Shown: piece by piece, positions 35,483 through 43,037 of the stretch
How the letters are laid out: each line of letters starts with the position of its first letter
Numbering within the stretch: position 1 is the first letter of the stretch
NCBI GenBank assembly: GCA_038137135.1
Contig: JAYQBD010000001.1
Coordinates: 1,932-48,989, forward strand
Source of the DNA: Oceanospirillaceae bacterium
Lineage (GTDB): Bacteria; Pseudomonadota; Gammaproteobacteria; Pseudomonadales; Balneatricaceae
DNA: 47,058 bases
Reading direction: 5' to 3'
Notes under the pieces: model-generated
Database searches by the model: none
What the model saw: only the letters and a program-made list of their open reading frames with translations
What the model was told of the DNA's origin: nothing
Translations under genes and position numbers: made by a program

Positions 35483-37984
35483 ATGCAAAATAAGCCTCTT
35501 CCAATTGATCAAATCCTGCCAGAGCTTGCCCAGACCCTAGCTCAACACCCAGTTGTAATTCTGCAAGCGGAGCCGGGAGCCGGCAAAACGACTCGAGTAC
35601 CGCTGGCATTGATGGTGCAGGATTACGTTCAAGGCAAGATATTGCTGCTCGAACCACGCCGCGTGGCTGCTCGTTCTGCTGCACAGTATATGGCACAGTC
35701 ACTGAATGAGTCGGTGGGCCAGCGCGTTGGCTACTCTATGCGCCTGGATCGCAAAGTAAGCCGTGACACCAAAGTGGAGGTGATTACCGAGGGGCTTCTG
35801 GCTCGGAGATTAATCTCTGACCCTGAGCTCTCTGGCGTTTCGCTGGTTATCTTTGATGAGTTCCATGAGCGCAGTATCCATACAGACCTGGGTCTAGCGC
35901 TCTGCCGTGAAGTAGCAGCACTGCGTGACGAGCCGCTTCGGCTACTTGTGATGTCCGCCACACTCGATACAGAGAAGCTGAGTAATCAGCTGGGTAACGC
36001 ACCGGTACTCAGCAGCCCTGGGCGCAGCTATCCGATTAACATACAGCGCTCAAACAGCCCGATTAATCGCTTTGAACTGCTTGATGCACTCGAGCGTCGC
36101 TGTCGAAACGCCCTATCGATTGACGGGGATGTATTGGTTTTTCTACCCGGGCGCGCCGAGATACGCCAGCTAGAACGCAGGCTCAATGAGCTCTGGCACG
36201 ACAGACCGGAAATTAGCGTTAGGCCGCTCTACTCTGGCGTCAACGACGCCAGTGTCCTAGAGCTTTTCAACGCGGCACCCGCCGGTGAAAAACGCTTTAT
36301 TTTAGCGACATCCATCGCCCAAACATCGATCACACTACCTGGGGTGACCTGCGTTATTGACTCCGGACTCGAAAGGCGCCCGATTTTCAATCCGCGTCTA
36401 GGGCTATCGCGACTGTCGACAGAACGTATTAGTGCCGCAACGGCGACCCAGCGCGCCGGCCGAGCTGGCCGCGTAAGAGCGGGTATCTGCTATCAAACTT
36501 GGAGTGACGATCAACAGAGTCAACTCATCGACCATGACCGCCCGCAGATCACTCAGGTCGACCTAAGCGATACCCTGCTGCTTCTCCTTAGCTGGGGGGT
36601 GAGCCAAATTGATGATCTGGAGTGGATTGAACGCCCGTCCGAAACCCTCTGGCGTGCAGCGCTGGAACAGCTGACAGCCCTTGGGGCTATCGATTGGCGT
36701 GACCAACGACCTACCCTAAGTGAACTGGGTAAGCGCATGTGCCAGATTCCTGCCGAACCGCGCGTTGCGCGGTTGTTGCTCTGGGCAGAATCCTTGGGTG
36801 CATCGAACCTCGGCGGGCAATTAGCGGCACTTATCAGCGATCCACCACGTCAACGTCACGCAGATCTGCGTCAGGCACTAGAGCAGATACCCAGAAACAA
36901 GCAGTTGGGCCAAATAGCAAAACGCTTTGAACAGTTGCTCGGTACGCCAGAGTACCGAGATAGCCAAGACCCGAGAGACACTCAGGATTGGGATATCTCA
37001 GAACTGCTTCTGCCCGCCTATAGCGACCGCGTCGCCCAATGCGTTGACCAGTCAAACGGTCGATTTCGCTTGACCAACGGCACGGCCGTTCGCCTGGATC
37101 CAACTGATCCTCTGTGTCGTTCGCCCTATCTGATATGTATCGACCTGGGCGGTCGAGAGGATCAAGCAGAGCTGCGCCTCTCACTCGCTCTCCCAGTCAG
37201 TATTGATCTGATAAAAACTGTGCTCAGTGAGCAGATTCAACAGCAGGAGGAGCTACGCTGGGAGGGTGAACATCTGCGTGCAGTTAATCTTATGCGCCTT
37301 GGCAAACTCGAGCTGGAGCGTAGCGAGGCCCAATCCATATCGGATAGCGCCCGCGCATCAGCCTGGTGTGAACGCATCCGTAAAGAGGGACTCAACACTC
37401 TGCCAACTTGGCAAAATTTAGCCCCTTGGCTAGCTCGCGTACGCTACCTTGCCCGTAACCAAGAGCGAACGTCAGAACCCGTTGAGCTTCCCCTATTCGA
37501 TGATGCCACGCTGCTCAAACGTCTAGACGAGTGGCTCGTCGATGCCCTCAGATCTATTAAACAGCGATCAGAACTCGGAAAGATCGATCTAAAAACTCAA
37601 CTTCTGAACATCCTGCCTTGGCAGATAACGCAGTGGCTCGATCAGTATGCCCCACAAACTTACACGGCCCCATCTGGGCGCACTGTAAAAATCGATTATA
37701 ACGCCGAGATACCGAGTATCAGCTTGAAGCTGCAAGAGATGTTTGGAGAACAAGCTTCACCCACCACAGGTCTCGGACTGCCCATCCGCGTTGAGCTGCT
37801 CTCGCCTGCAGGCCGCCCTCTGGCAATGACAACCGATCTCGCCCATTTCTGGCACAACATATACCCAGAGGTGCGCAGAGAGAACCGGGGGCGTTATGCG
37901 AAACATCCTTGGCCGGAGGATCCGCTAAAAGCTGAAGCCAGCCACCTCACTAACGCTGCGCTCAGGCGCAAGAGCGCTGAGTAG
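35483..37984 (+). CDS. hrpB: ATP-dependent RNA helicase HrpB (DEAH/RHA family)
   Basis: AEPGAGKT, DEFHER, MSAT, QRAGRAGR and the C-terminal LQEMFG...LLSPAGRP...GRYAKHPWP. Start set at ATG 35483. Confidence 0.94.
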   Translation: MQNKPLPIDQILPELAQTLAQHPVVILQAEPGAGKTTRVPLALMVQDYVQGKILLLEPRRVAARSAAQYMAQSLNESVGQRVGYSMRLDRKVSRDTKVEVITEGLLARRLISDPELSGVSLVIFDEFHERSIHTDLGLALCREVAALRDEPLRLLVMSATLDTEKLSNQLGNAPVLSSPGRSYPINIQRSNSPINRFELLDALERRCRNALSIDGDVLVFLPGRAEIRQLERRLNELWHDRPEISVRPLYSGVNDASVLELFNAAPAGEKRFILATSIAQTSITLPGVTCVIDSGLERRPIFNPRLGLSRLSTERISAATATQRAGRAGRVRAGICYQTWSDDQQSQLIDHDRPQITQVDLSDTLLLLLSWGVSQIDDLEWIERPSETLWRAALEQLTALGAIDWRDQRPTLSELGKRMCQIPAEPRVARLLLWAESLGASNLGGQLAALISDPPRQRHADLRQALEQIPRNKQLGQIAKRFEQLLGTPEYRDSQDPRDTQDWDISELLLPAYSDRVAQCVDQSNGRFRLTNGTAVRLDPTDPLCRSPYLICIDLGGREDQAELRLSLALPVSIDLIKTVLSEQIQQQEELRWEGEHLRAVNLMRLGKLELERSEAQSISDSARASAWCERIRKEGLNTLPTWQNLAPWLARVRYLARNQERTSEPVELPLFDDATLLKRLDEWLVDALRSIKQRSELGKIDLKTQLLNILPWQITQWLDQYAPQTYTAPSGRTVKIDYNAEIPSISLKLQEMFGEQASPTTGLGLPIRVELLSPAGRPLAMTTDLAHFWHNIYPEVRRENRGRYAKHPWPEDPLKAEASHLTNAALRRKSAE

Positions 37985-37996
37985 CGTCGAAGGTTC

Positions 37997-38005
37997 TGAT
38001 ATAAT
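37997..38005 (+). promoter_or_regulatory. Extended -10 promoter element (TGnTATAAT) upstream of the small Cys-rich ORF
   Basis: TGATATAAT matches the consensus exactly, about 40 nt before the GTG at 38046. Confidence 0.55.
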
Positions 38006-38045
38006 CACGCCAGTTTTAATCGCACTCATTAGATAGGAGTTTTCT

Positions 38046-38207
38046 GTGGAAGAACCGATAGCACCGGGAGATTATGACTGTTGTGAGAGCGGCTGCGAGC
38101 CCTGCGTTTGGGATGTCTACCGGGCAGAGATGACACAGTGGCGAGCCGCACAGGCAGCAAAAAACACAGAGGGGAGTCCTGTAACGGAATCTTCCGAGGA
38201 ATCTTAG
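38046..38207 (+). CDS. Small oxidoreductase-like domain protein (Oxidored-like, CCxxGCxPCVWDxY), 53 aa
   Basis: Not in the ORF track. AGGAG RBS (38035-38039) precedes GTG; MEEPIAPGDYDCCESGCEPCVWDVYRAEMTQWRAAQAAKNTEGSPVTESSEES*. Confidence 0.85.
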   Translation: MEEPIAPGDYDCCESGCEPCVWDVYRAEMTQWRAAQAAKNTEGSPVTESSEES

Positions 38208-38331
38208 ACTCCAAAACAGTTCGTATCTCAGAGTGGAACCTAAATGGATATTTCGCCGCTTGAGAGTGGCGCCGAAAACCGACAGGATCCTATTTCTAAA
38301 AAGTTAATCTGTATCTACAGGTATCTCCTAA

Positions 38332-39531
38332 ATGATTTACGACGTTATTGTTCTCGGCGCAGGAATCCTCGGTTTATCAACCGCGATGCAACTTCTTGAA
38401 AAGTACCCGGGGAAAAAGGTTCTGGTCTTAGACAAAGAGCAGCACTGCGCAGCCCACCAAACAGGCAACAACTCCGGCGTCATACATGCCGGTGTCTACT
38501 ACACGCCCGGCACTCTTAAAGCGAAGTTCTGTCTCGAGGGGAACCGACTCACTAAAGAGTTCTGTGAGCGTGAAAACGTCCCATTCGATACATGTGGCAA
38601 GTTGCTTGTTGCAACTAACGAGCTTGAGATGACTCGCATGCGCGCGCTTTGGGAGCGCACCGCCGCCAACGGGCTGGAGCGTTACTGGCTAGACTCAGAC
38701 GAGCTGCAAGCGCGAGAACCCAACATAACAGGTATTGGAGCGATCTTCGTTCCTTCCAGCGGAATCGTGGACTACTCAGCTGTCTGTCGCGCGATGGAAA
38801 GATCGATCAAAGCGGCCGGTGGTGAGATCAGATATGGCGCTCAGATCAAAGAGATCAAGGAGTACCCTGATAAGGTCGAATTGATGAGCGAGCGAGACAC
38901 TTTTACTGGCAAGTACCTAATTAGCTGTGCAGGTCTGATGTCGGACCGCGTAATACGGATGCTCGGGCTCACCCCAGACTTTACGATCTGTCCGTTTCGT
39001 GGCGAATATTTCCGTCTTGCGAGCAAGCACAATCAGATCGTCAATCACCTGATCTATCCCATCCCGGACCCCTCCATGCCCTTCTTGGGAGTGCATCTTA
39101 CTCGCATGATCGATGGCAGCGTCACGGTAGGGCCCAACGCCGTGTTGGCATTCAAGCGAGAAGGCTACAAGAAAACAGACTTTTCGCTCAAAGACACCGT
39201 TGAGACGTTGAGCAACCCGGGTATCTTGCGACTACTGGCCAAGAATATGCAGCCGGGACTGACCGAAATGAAAAACTCAATGTTCAAACGCGGCTATCTA
39301 AAAGAGGTCAACAAATACTGCCCAAGCATTGAACTCGAGGACTTAGAGCCGTATCCAGCGGGCGTTCGGGCCCAGGCGGTGTCGCCGGATGGGAAGCTAA
39401 TCGACGACTTCAAATTTGTTCACACAAAGCGAACGATAAACGTCTGCAACGCGCCCTCGCCCGCCGCAACCTCATCGCTTCCGATCGGGCGACATATCCT
39501 CGGGCTTGCCAGTGAACAATTTGATCTCTAG
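38332..39531 (+). CDS. lhgO: L-2-hydroxyglutarate oxidase/dehydrogenase
   Basis: GAGILG FAD motif, HQTGNNSGVIHAGVYY, PFRGEY, LIYPIPDP..PFLGVH and NAPSPAATSSLPIG. Confidence 0.93.
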   Translation: MIYDVIVLGAGILGLSTAMQLLEKYPGKKVLVLDKEQHCAAHQTGNNSGVIHAGVYYTPGTLKAKFCLEGNRLTKEFCERENVPFDTCGKLLVATNELEMTRMRALWERTAANGLERYWLDSDELQAREPNITGIGAIFVPSSGIVDYSAVCRAMERSIKAAGGEIRYGAQIKEIKEYPDKVELMSERDTFTGKYLISCAGLMSDRVIRMLGLTPDFTICPFRGEYFRLASKHNQIVNHLIYPIPDPSMPFLGVHLTRMIDGSVTVGPNAVLAFKREGYKKTDFSLKDTVETLSNPGILRLLAKNMQPGLTEMKNSMFKRGYLKEVNKYCPSIELEDLEPYPAGVRAQAVSPDGKLIDDFKFVHTKRTINVCNAPSPAATSSLPIGRHILGLASEQFDL

Positions 39532-39554
39532 AAAATTCGCGGATTCCGATCGAA

Positions 39555-40319
39555 CTAATTGAGCGCCTTCAACTCCAGCGAGCTCAGTTCGCCCTTCTCT
39601 TCATGCTCGACGCGCACGAGTGCGAAGGACTTGTCAGGAACGAGCCAGAGTGTGTCTCTGACGTCTCCCGCCTGACGCTGCCAGCGCTCGGCTAGCATCT
39701 CACCCCAGGGAGTTCCAACAGCCTCCTCCCCAAGGAGTTGATATTGGTAATTTCGAGTATCAGAGCGAGCTACCAATCGGTATTCCAATGAATTAGAGGC
39801 TGCTCCACAGTGTCGGTCGATCTGTATCTGCAAACTATGTGATAAGGGATCAAGAACGACTCCATCAACTTGATAGCTCTGAGCCTTTCCTTTGTAGTTG
39901 GAATTCACCGTTCCAGTTGCACTATCCACGCTGATTTGAGTCGTTCTGGCGCCCAGCCCCTTCTGCTCTTTGAGATACTCAGATGTCGCCAACTGACCGT
40001 CAATAAGCTGCATTGAGCTCTTCTCGTTAAGACTGACAATGAGCAGTGACATCGACTGCGACAACACCCAGTTATCAGTCCCAGCAGACTCTAGCCGACG
40101 AGTCGCTTCAGTTCCCATACCCTGGTACGCAACTTGATAGACCCAGTTCTGATCACGCTGAGCCTCGAGCAAGTTTTTGGCACAGTCGCTAGCTTGGGCT
40201 AGAGGTGCAAACAACGCTAGTCCCAACAGCATCGCGGGCTGTGCCAAGAGGTCGGCCCCCTTTTTCATCCATACCTTGGGCAGTACTAAGAGGTCTGACC
40301 CCTTTTTACCAATATTCAT
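39555..40319 (-). CDS. DUF3108-like secreted beta-rich protein (alternative start ATG 40268)
   Basis: Signal peptide ending AQA; LDPLS, Y...GEE.V.TP.G and T.LW....F.LVR pattern, recognised from memory as DUF3108. Confidence 0.7.
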   Translation of the reverse strand: MNIGKKGSDLLVLPKVWMKKGADLLAQPAMLLGLALFAPLAQASDCAKNLLEAQRDQNWVYQVAYQGMGTEATRRLESAGTDNWVLSQSMSLLIVSLNEKSSMQLIDGQLATSEYLKEQKGLGARTTQISVDSATGTVNSNYKGKAQSYQVDGVVLDPLSHSLQIQIDRHCGAASNSLEYRLVARSDTRNYQYQLLGEEAVGTPWGEMLAERWQRQAGDVRDTLWLVPDKSFALVRVEHEEKGELSSLELKALN

Positions 40320-40360
40320 TCAGGCGCTCTCATAAAAACACTAAAAAGGGGTCTGACCCC
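40246..40360. repeat. Three copies of a GGGGTC(T/A)GACCCC-derived palindromic element
   Basis: 40246-40265 AAGAGGTCGGCCCCCTTTTT; 40288-40307 AAGAGGTCTGACCCCTTTTT; 40343-40360 AAAAAGGGGTCTGACCCC. Confidence 0.8.
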
Positions 40361-40404
40361 ACTGTAAAATTTTAGGTTAAAGCATCACCCATGAACCAAA
40401 AATG

Positions 40405-40430
40405 AAAAAGGCAGCCGAAGCTGCCTTTTC
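40405..40430 (-). terminator. Intrinsic terminator of the cold-shock-domain gene (possibly bidirectional)
   Basis: Minus strand AAAAGGCAGC-TTCG-GCTGCCTTTTT, a C(UUCG)G tetraloop plus U-tract. Confidence 0.88.
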
Positions 40431-40445
40431 TATGCTCAGTAGGTT

Positions 40446-40874
40446 TTAGCCGCGCATCACTGCAACGTCTTCCGCCTGCAAGCCTTTATCCGTTGTACCA
40501 ACACTAAAGGTGACCTTCTGCCCCTCGTTCAGAGAACGATGACCACGGCCGCGGATGTTACGGAAATGAACGAATACATCATCTCCTTCAGAGCGAGTAA
40601 TGAAGCCCCAACCCTCTTTAACATTGAAGAACTTAACGGTACCTACTTCACGACCTTCAGCGTTGTCGTCGACATACAGATCATCGTCTGATGTATCTGC
40701 AGCAGCCGAGGCTGAGCCGGAGCCCGCTACAAAGGTACTCACCAGCACTGCAACGAATGCAACGCCAAGAACGCCCACATAATTGTCGACACCGAGAACC
40801 TGCCAAGCAGCAGCGATCACGGCAACCGCAACAAAACTAATAACTATATTTTTTACCAATTGCGAACCACTCAT
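40446..40874 (-). CDS. Membrane-anchored cold-shock domain protein
   Basis: Two N-terminal hydrophobic helices, an acidic linker, then a CSD: GTVKFFN, RNP1 EGWGFI, RNP2 VFVHF and QAEDV. Confidence 0.88.
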   Translation of the reverse strand: MSGSQLVKNIVISFVAVAVIAAAWQVLGVDNYVGVLGVAFVAVLVSTFVAGSGSASAAADTSDDDLYVDDNAEGREVGTVKFFNVKEGWGFITRSEGDDVFVHFRNIRGRGHRSLNEGQKVTFSVGTTDKGLQAEDVAVMRG

Positions 40875-41113
40875 CTATCAAATTGTCTCTTGTTATTCGA
40901 AATTACAGTCTAAATTTGCCCAAATGACGCTCTATTAAATCTTTGCAAGATCGTCAGCAACCCGCAGATATATCCTACTAACCAATTTTTTTCAACAACT
41001 TAGCCCATTTCACGCCTAGTACTTAAGGCTAGTGTCAGCTCTTAGGCCCCGCACTTCGGTGGCATCGACAAGAATTGTAACCATACTGGTATAAAGAGAA
41101 CGGAAGAATCTCA

Positions 41114-41119
41114 TATAAT
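41114..41119 (+). promoter_or_regulatory. Probable sigma-70 -10 element for the slyX transcript
   Basis: TATAAT about 120 nt upstream of the slyX ATG and just upstream of the hairpin array; no clear -35. Confidence 0.5.
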
Positions 41120-41136
41120 CGTGCGCCGCGTTGGTT

Positions 41137-41202
41137 GGAAAGCCGCTAGAAAGCGGTAAGAGAGCCGCGAGTAAGCGGTAGCGGAGCAGCGAGAAAGCTG
41201 TA
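41137..41202 (+). repeat. Three tandem 22-nt hairpin units (candidate structured leader/ncRNA or operator array)
   Basis: Cores AGCCGC-TAGAAA-GCGGTA (41141), AGCCGC-GAGTAA-GCGGTA (41163) and AGCAGC-GAGAAA-GCTGTA (41185). Confidence 0.8.
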
Positions 41203-41239
41203 AATAAGCGCCGCAATACTGTTTAACAGGAGCAACAAG

Positions 41240-41446
41240 ATGTCTGATAGTGCCCGACTCGACGATCTAGAGTCACGCATTGCCTTTCAGGAGGATGCGA
41301 TCGATAAACTCAGTGACGTTATCGCTCGTCAGGAGAAAGAGCTAGACCAGCTCAAGCGGATGGTGCTGATTTTAAGCACCCAAATTCGCAACTTCGATAC
41401 AGGTGATGACGCGGCTAAAGCGAACGAGATTCCACCGCACTACTGA
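41240..41446 (+). CDS. slyX: SlyX family protein
   Basis: RL..LE.RIAFQE..I..L coiled coil and C-terminal PPHY; AGGAG RBS. Confidence 0.93.
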   Translation: MSDSARLDDLESRIAFQEDAIDKLSDVIARQEKELDQLKRMVLILSTQIRNFDTGDDAAKANEIPPHY

Positions 41447-42225
41447 GAGGGTTCGAGCTTGCGCAGGGCGTAGATATCAAAACGACCCGATTTGCCCTCC
41501 AGCGCATAATCGGGCTGTGGTCCCTCGATACAGGGTGCTTTGCGGGGACGCTTGACCACAACCCGGCAACGAGCACTCTCCAGCGCCGCCGCCAGCAACT
41601 CAGCACTGTCCTCATCAGCACCCACTAACGAACGAAAAGCGAGCATCTCTTTTTTGACCTGAGCACTCTTCTGGGAGTGAGGAAACATCGGATCGACGTA
41701 GACGACATCTGCTTCACCTTGATGCCTATTCAGCCAGTCAACTGATTGACCCGAATCAAAGCTCAGGCGTTGGACAATATCCATAATCGCTGGATCATCG
41801 GTGCACTGAGCTCGCTCGAGACCATCCTGAAGCAGCGCTGCAACCAGCGGATTACGCTCCACCATCTGTACCTTTGAGCCCAGCGTCGCCAGCACGAATG
41901 CATCCCGCCCCAAACCTGCGGTCATATCAGCGATATAGGGTTTAAATGAACTTGATACGCCACAGGCTTTGGCGATCTGCTGCCCCTGCCCGCCACCAAA
42001 CTGACGCCGGTGATTGACCGCACCTGAGAGGAAATCCACCTGCACGGGACCCGGTCGTTTACGTCCTGTGGTACAGAGTGATACACCCTCAGCACCAAAC
42101 ACCAATAACTGTTCGAAGCGGCTATCATCGTCCAGAGACCACTCTGTCAGCAGTTCAGCACCGACCTGCTCAGCCAGCGCTGTTGCCGCAGAAATAAATG
42201 GAGGTTCAGCCGCGATTGCGAGCAT
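41440..42225 (-). CDS. rsmJ: 16S rRNA m2G1516 methyltransferase RsmJ (YhiQ)
   Basis: HRRQFGGG, DMTAGLGRDAFVLA, YVDPMFP and RVVVKRP. Confidence 0.92.
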   Translation of the reverse strand: MLAIAAEPPFISAATALAEQVGAELLTEWSLDDDSRFEQLLVFGAEGVSLCTTGRKRPGPVQVDFLSGAVNHRRQFGGGQGQQIAKACGVSSSFKPYIADMTAGLGRDAFVLATLGSKVQMVERNPLVAALLQDGLERAQCTDDPAIMDIVQRLSFDSGQSVDWLNRHQGEADVVYVDPMFPHSQKSAQVKKEMLAFRSLVGADEDSAELLAAALESARCRVVVKRPRKAPCIEGPQPDYALEGKSGRFDIYALRKLEPSQ

Positions 42226-43037
42226 CAGGCACTCATACCCCAGACGGCTAGCAGCCCGAAGCCCAGCAGCAAACGGTAGATAACGAACGGACGCATGCCG
42301 ATACGATCAAGCCAGCTCAAGAACAGATGGATACAGGCCCAAGCACTCAGCGCTGCGATCAATGCTCCTACACCCACCATCATCCAAGGTGCATCAGCTC
42401 CCTGTTCTATCAGGTCGAGAGTTTTCAGCGTCCCTGCACCCAAAATGACTGGAATCGACAACAGAAAGGAGAAACGCGCCGCACTTTGACGCTCATAACC
42501 CAGTGCCAGCGCGGCAGTAATAGTAATACCCGAACGTGAAGTTCCAGGGATCAGCGCGATCGCTTGTGCAATACCGATCACAAGCGCTTCGGGAATGCCG
42601 AGCGACTCCATCTTTTTGGTCGCGCGATTAGTGGCATCAGCCCATCCAAGCAGAACGCCAAAAATGAGTGTGGTCGCCGCGATAACGAGGATCGATCGAC
42701 CATACTGATCAATAAAATCACCCAGCAGCAAACCCGCGAGAATAGCCGGTAATGTAGCGAGCACTACCAACCAACCGAGCTTCGCTTCGCTCGAGCGCTG
42801 ACCAAAAAGCGACAGCGTCGAAGCTTTGGCAATAGTAAAGACCTCAGTGCGGAAGTAGATAACCACCGCGCAGAGAGTGCCGACATGCACACCAACATCA
42901 AAGGCTAAACCCTGATCCTCCCAACCAAGTAGCTGCGATGGCAGTATTAGATGCGCAGAGCTTGAGATCGGCAGGAATTCGGTCAGCCCCTGGATCAGGG
43001 CAAGAATAATGGTGTGTATCCAATCGCTGAGTGTCAC
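42225..43037 (-). CDS. uppP: Undecaprenyl-diphosphate phosphatase
   Basis: QGLTEFLPISSSAH, PGTSRSG and ARFSFLLSIP. Confidence 0.96.
   Translation of the reverse strand: MTLSDWIHTIILALIQGLTEFLPISSSAHLILPSQLLGWEDQGLAFDVGVHVGTLCAVVIYFRTEVFTIAKASTLSLFGQRSSEAKLGWLVVLATLPAILAGLLLGDFIDQYGRSILVIAATTLIFGVLLGWADATNRATKKMESLGIPEALVIGIAQAIALIPGTSRSGITITAALALGYERQSAARFSFLLSIPVILGAGTLKTLDLIEQGADAPWMMVGVGALIAALSAWACIHLFLSWLDRIGMRPFVIYRLLLGFGLLAVWGMSA

Noticed and set aside
32381-40360. Genomic island or mobile element in the variable block after gatB
   Set aside because: No integrase, transposase, tRNA or flanking direct repeats seen; I could not compute a compositional shift.
41045-41063. CAC-TTCG-GTG tetraloop hairpin in the csp-slyX spacer
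   Set aside because: Only 3 contiguous base pairs; not enough to call a structure on its own.
41137-41202. Mini-CRISPR interpretation of the 22-nt palindromic repeats
   Set aside because: Linkers are only 4 nt, repeat cores are 18 nt and non-identical, and there are no cas genes in the window.
41016-41216. 66-aa minus-strand ORF with a signal-peptide-like N-terminus
   Set aside because: TTG start with no SD. Its hydrophobicity comes from the complement of the purine-rich repeat, whose 22-nt period is not a multiple of 3.
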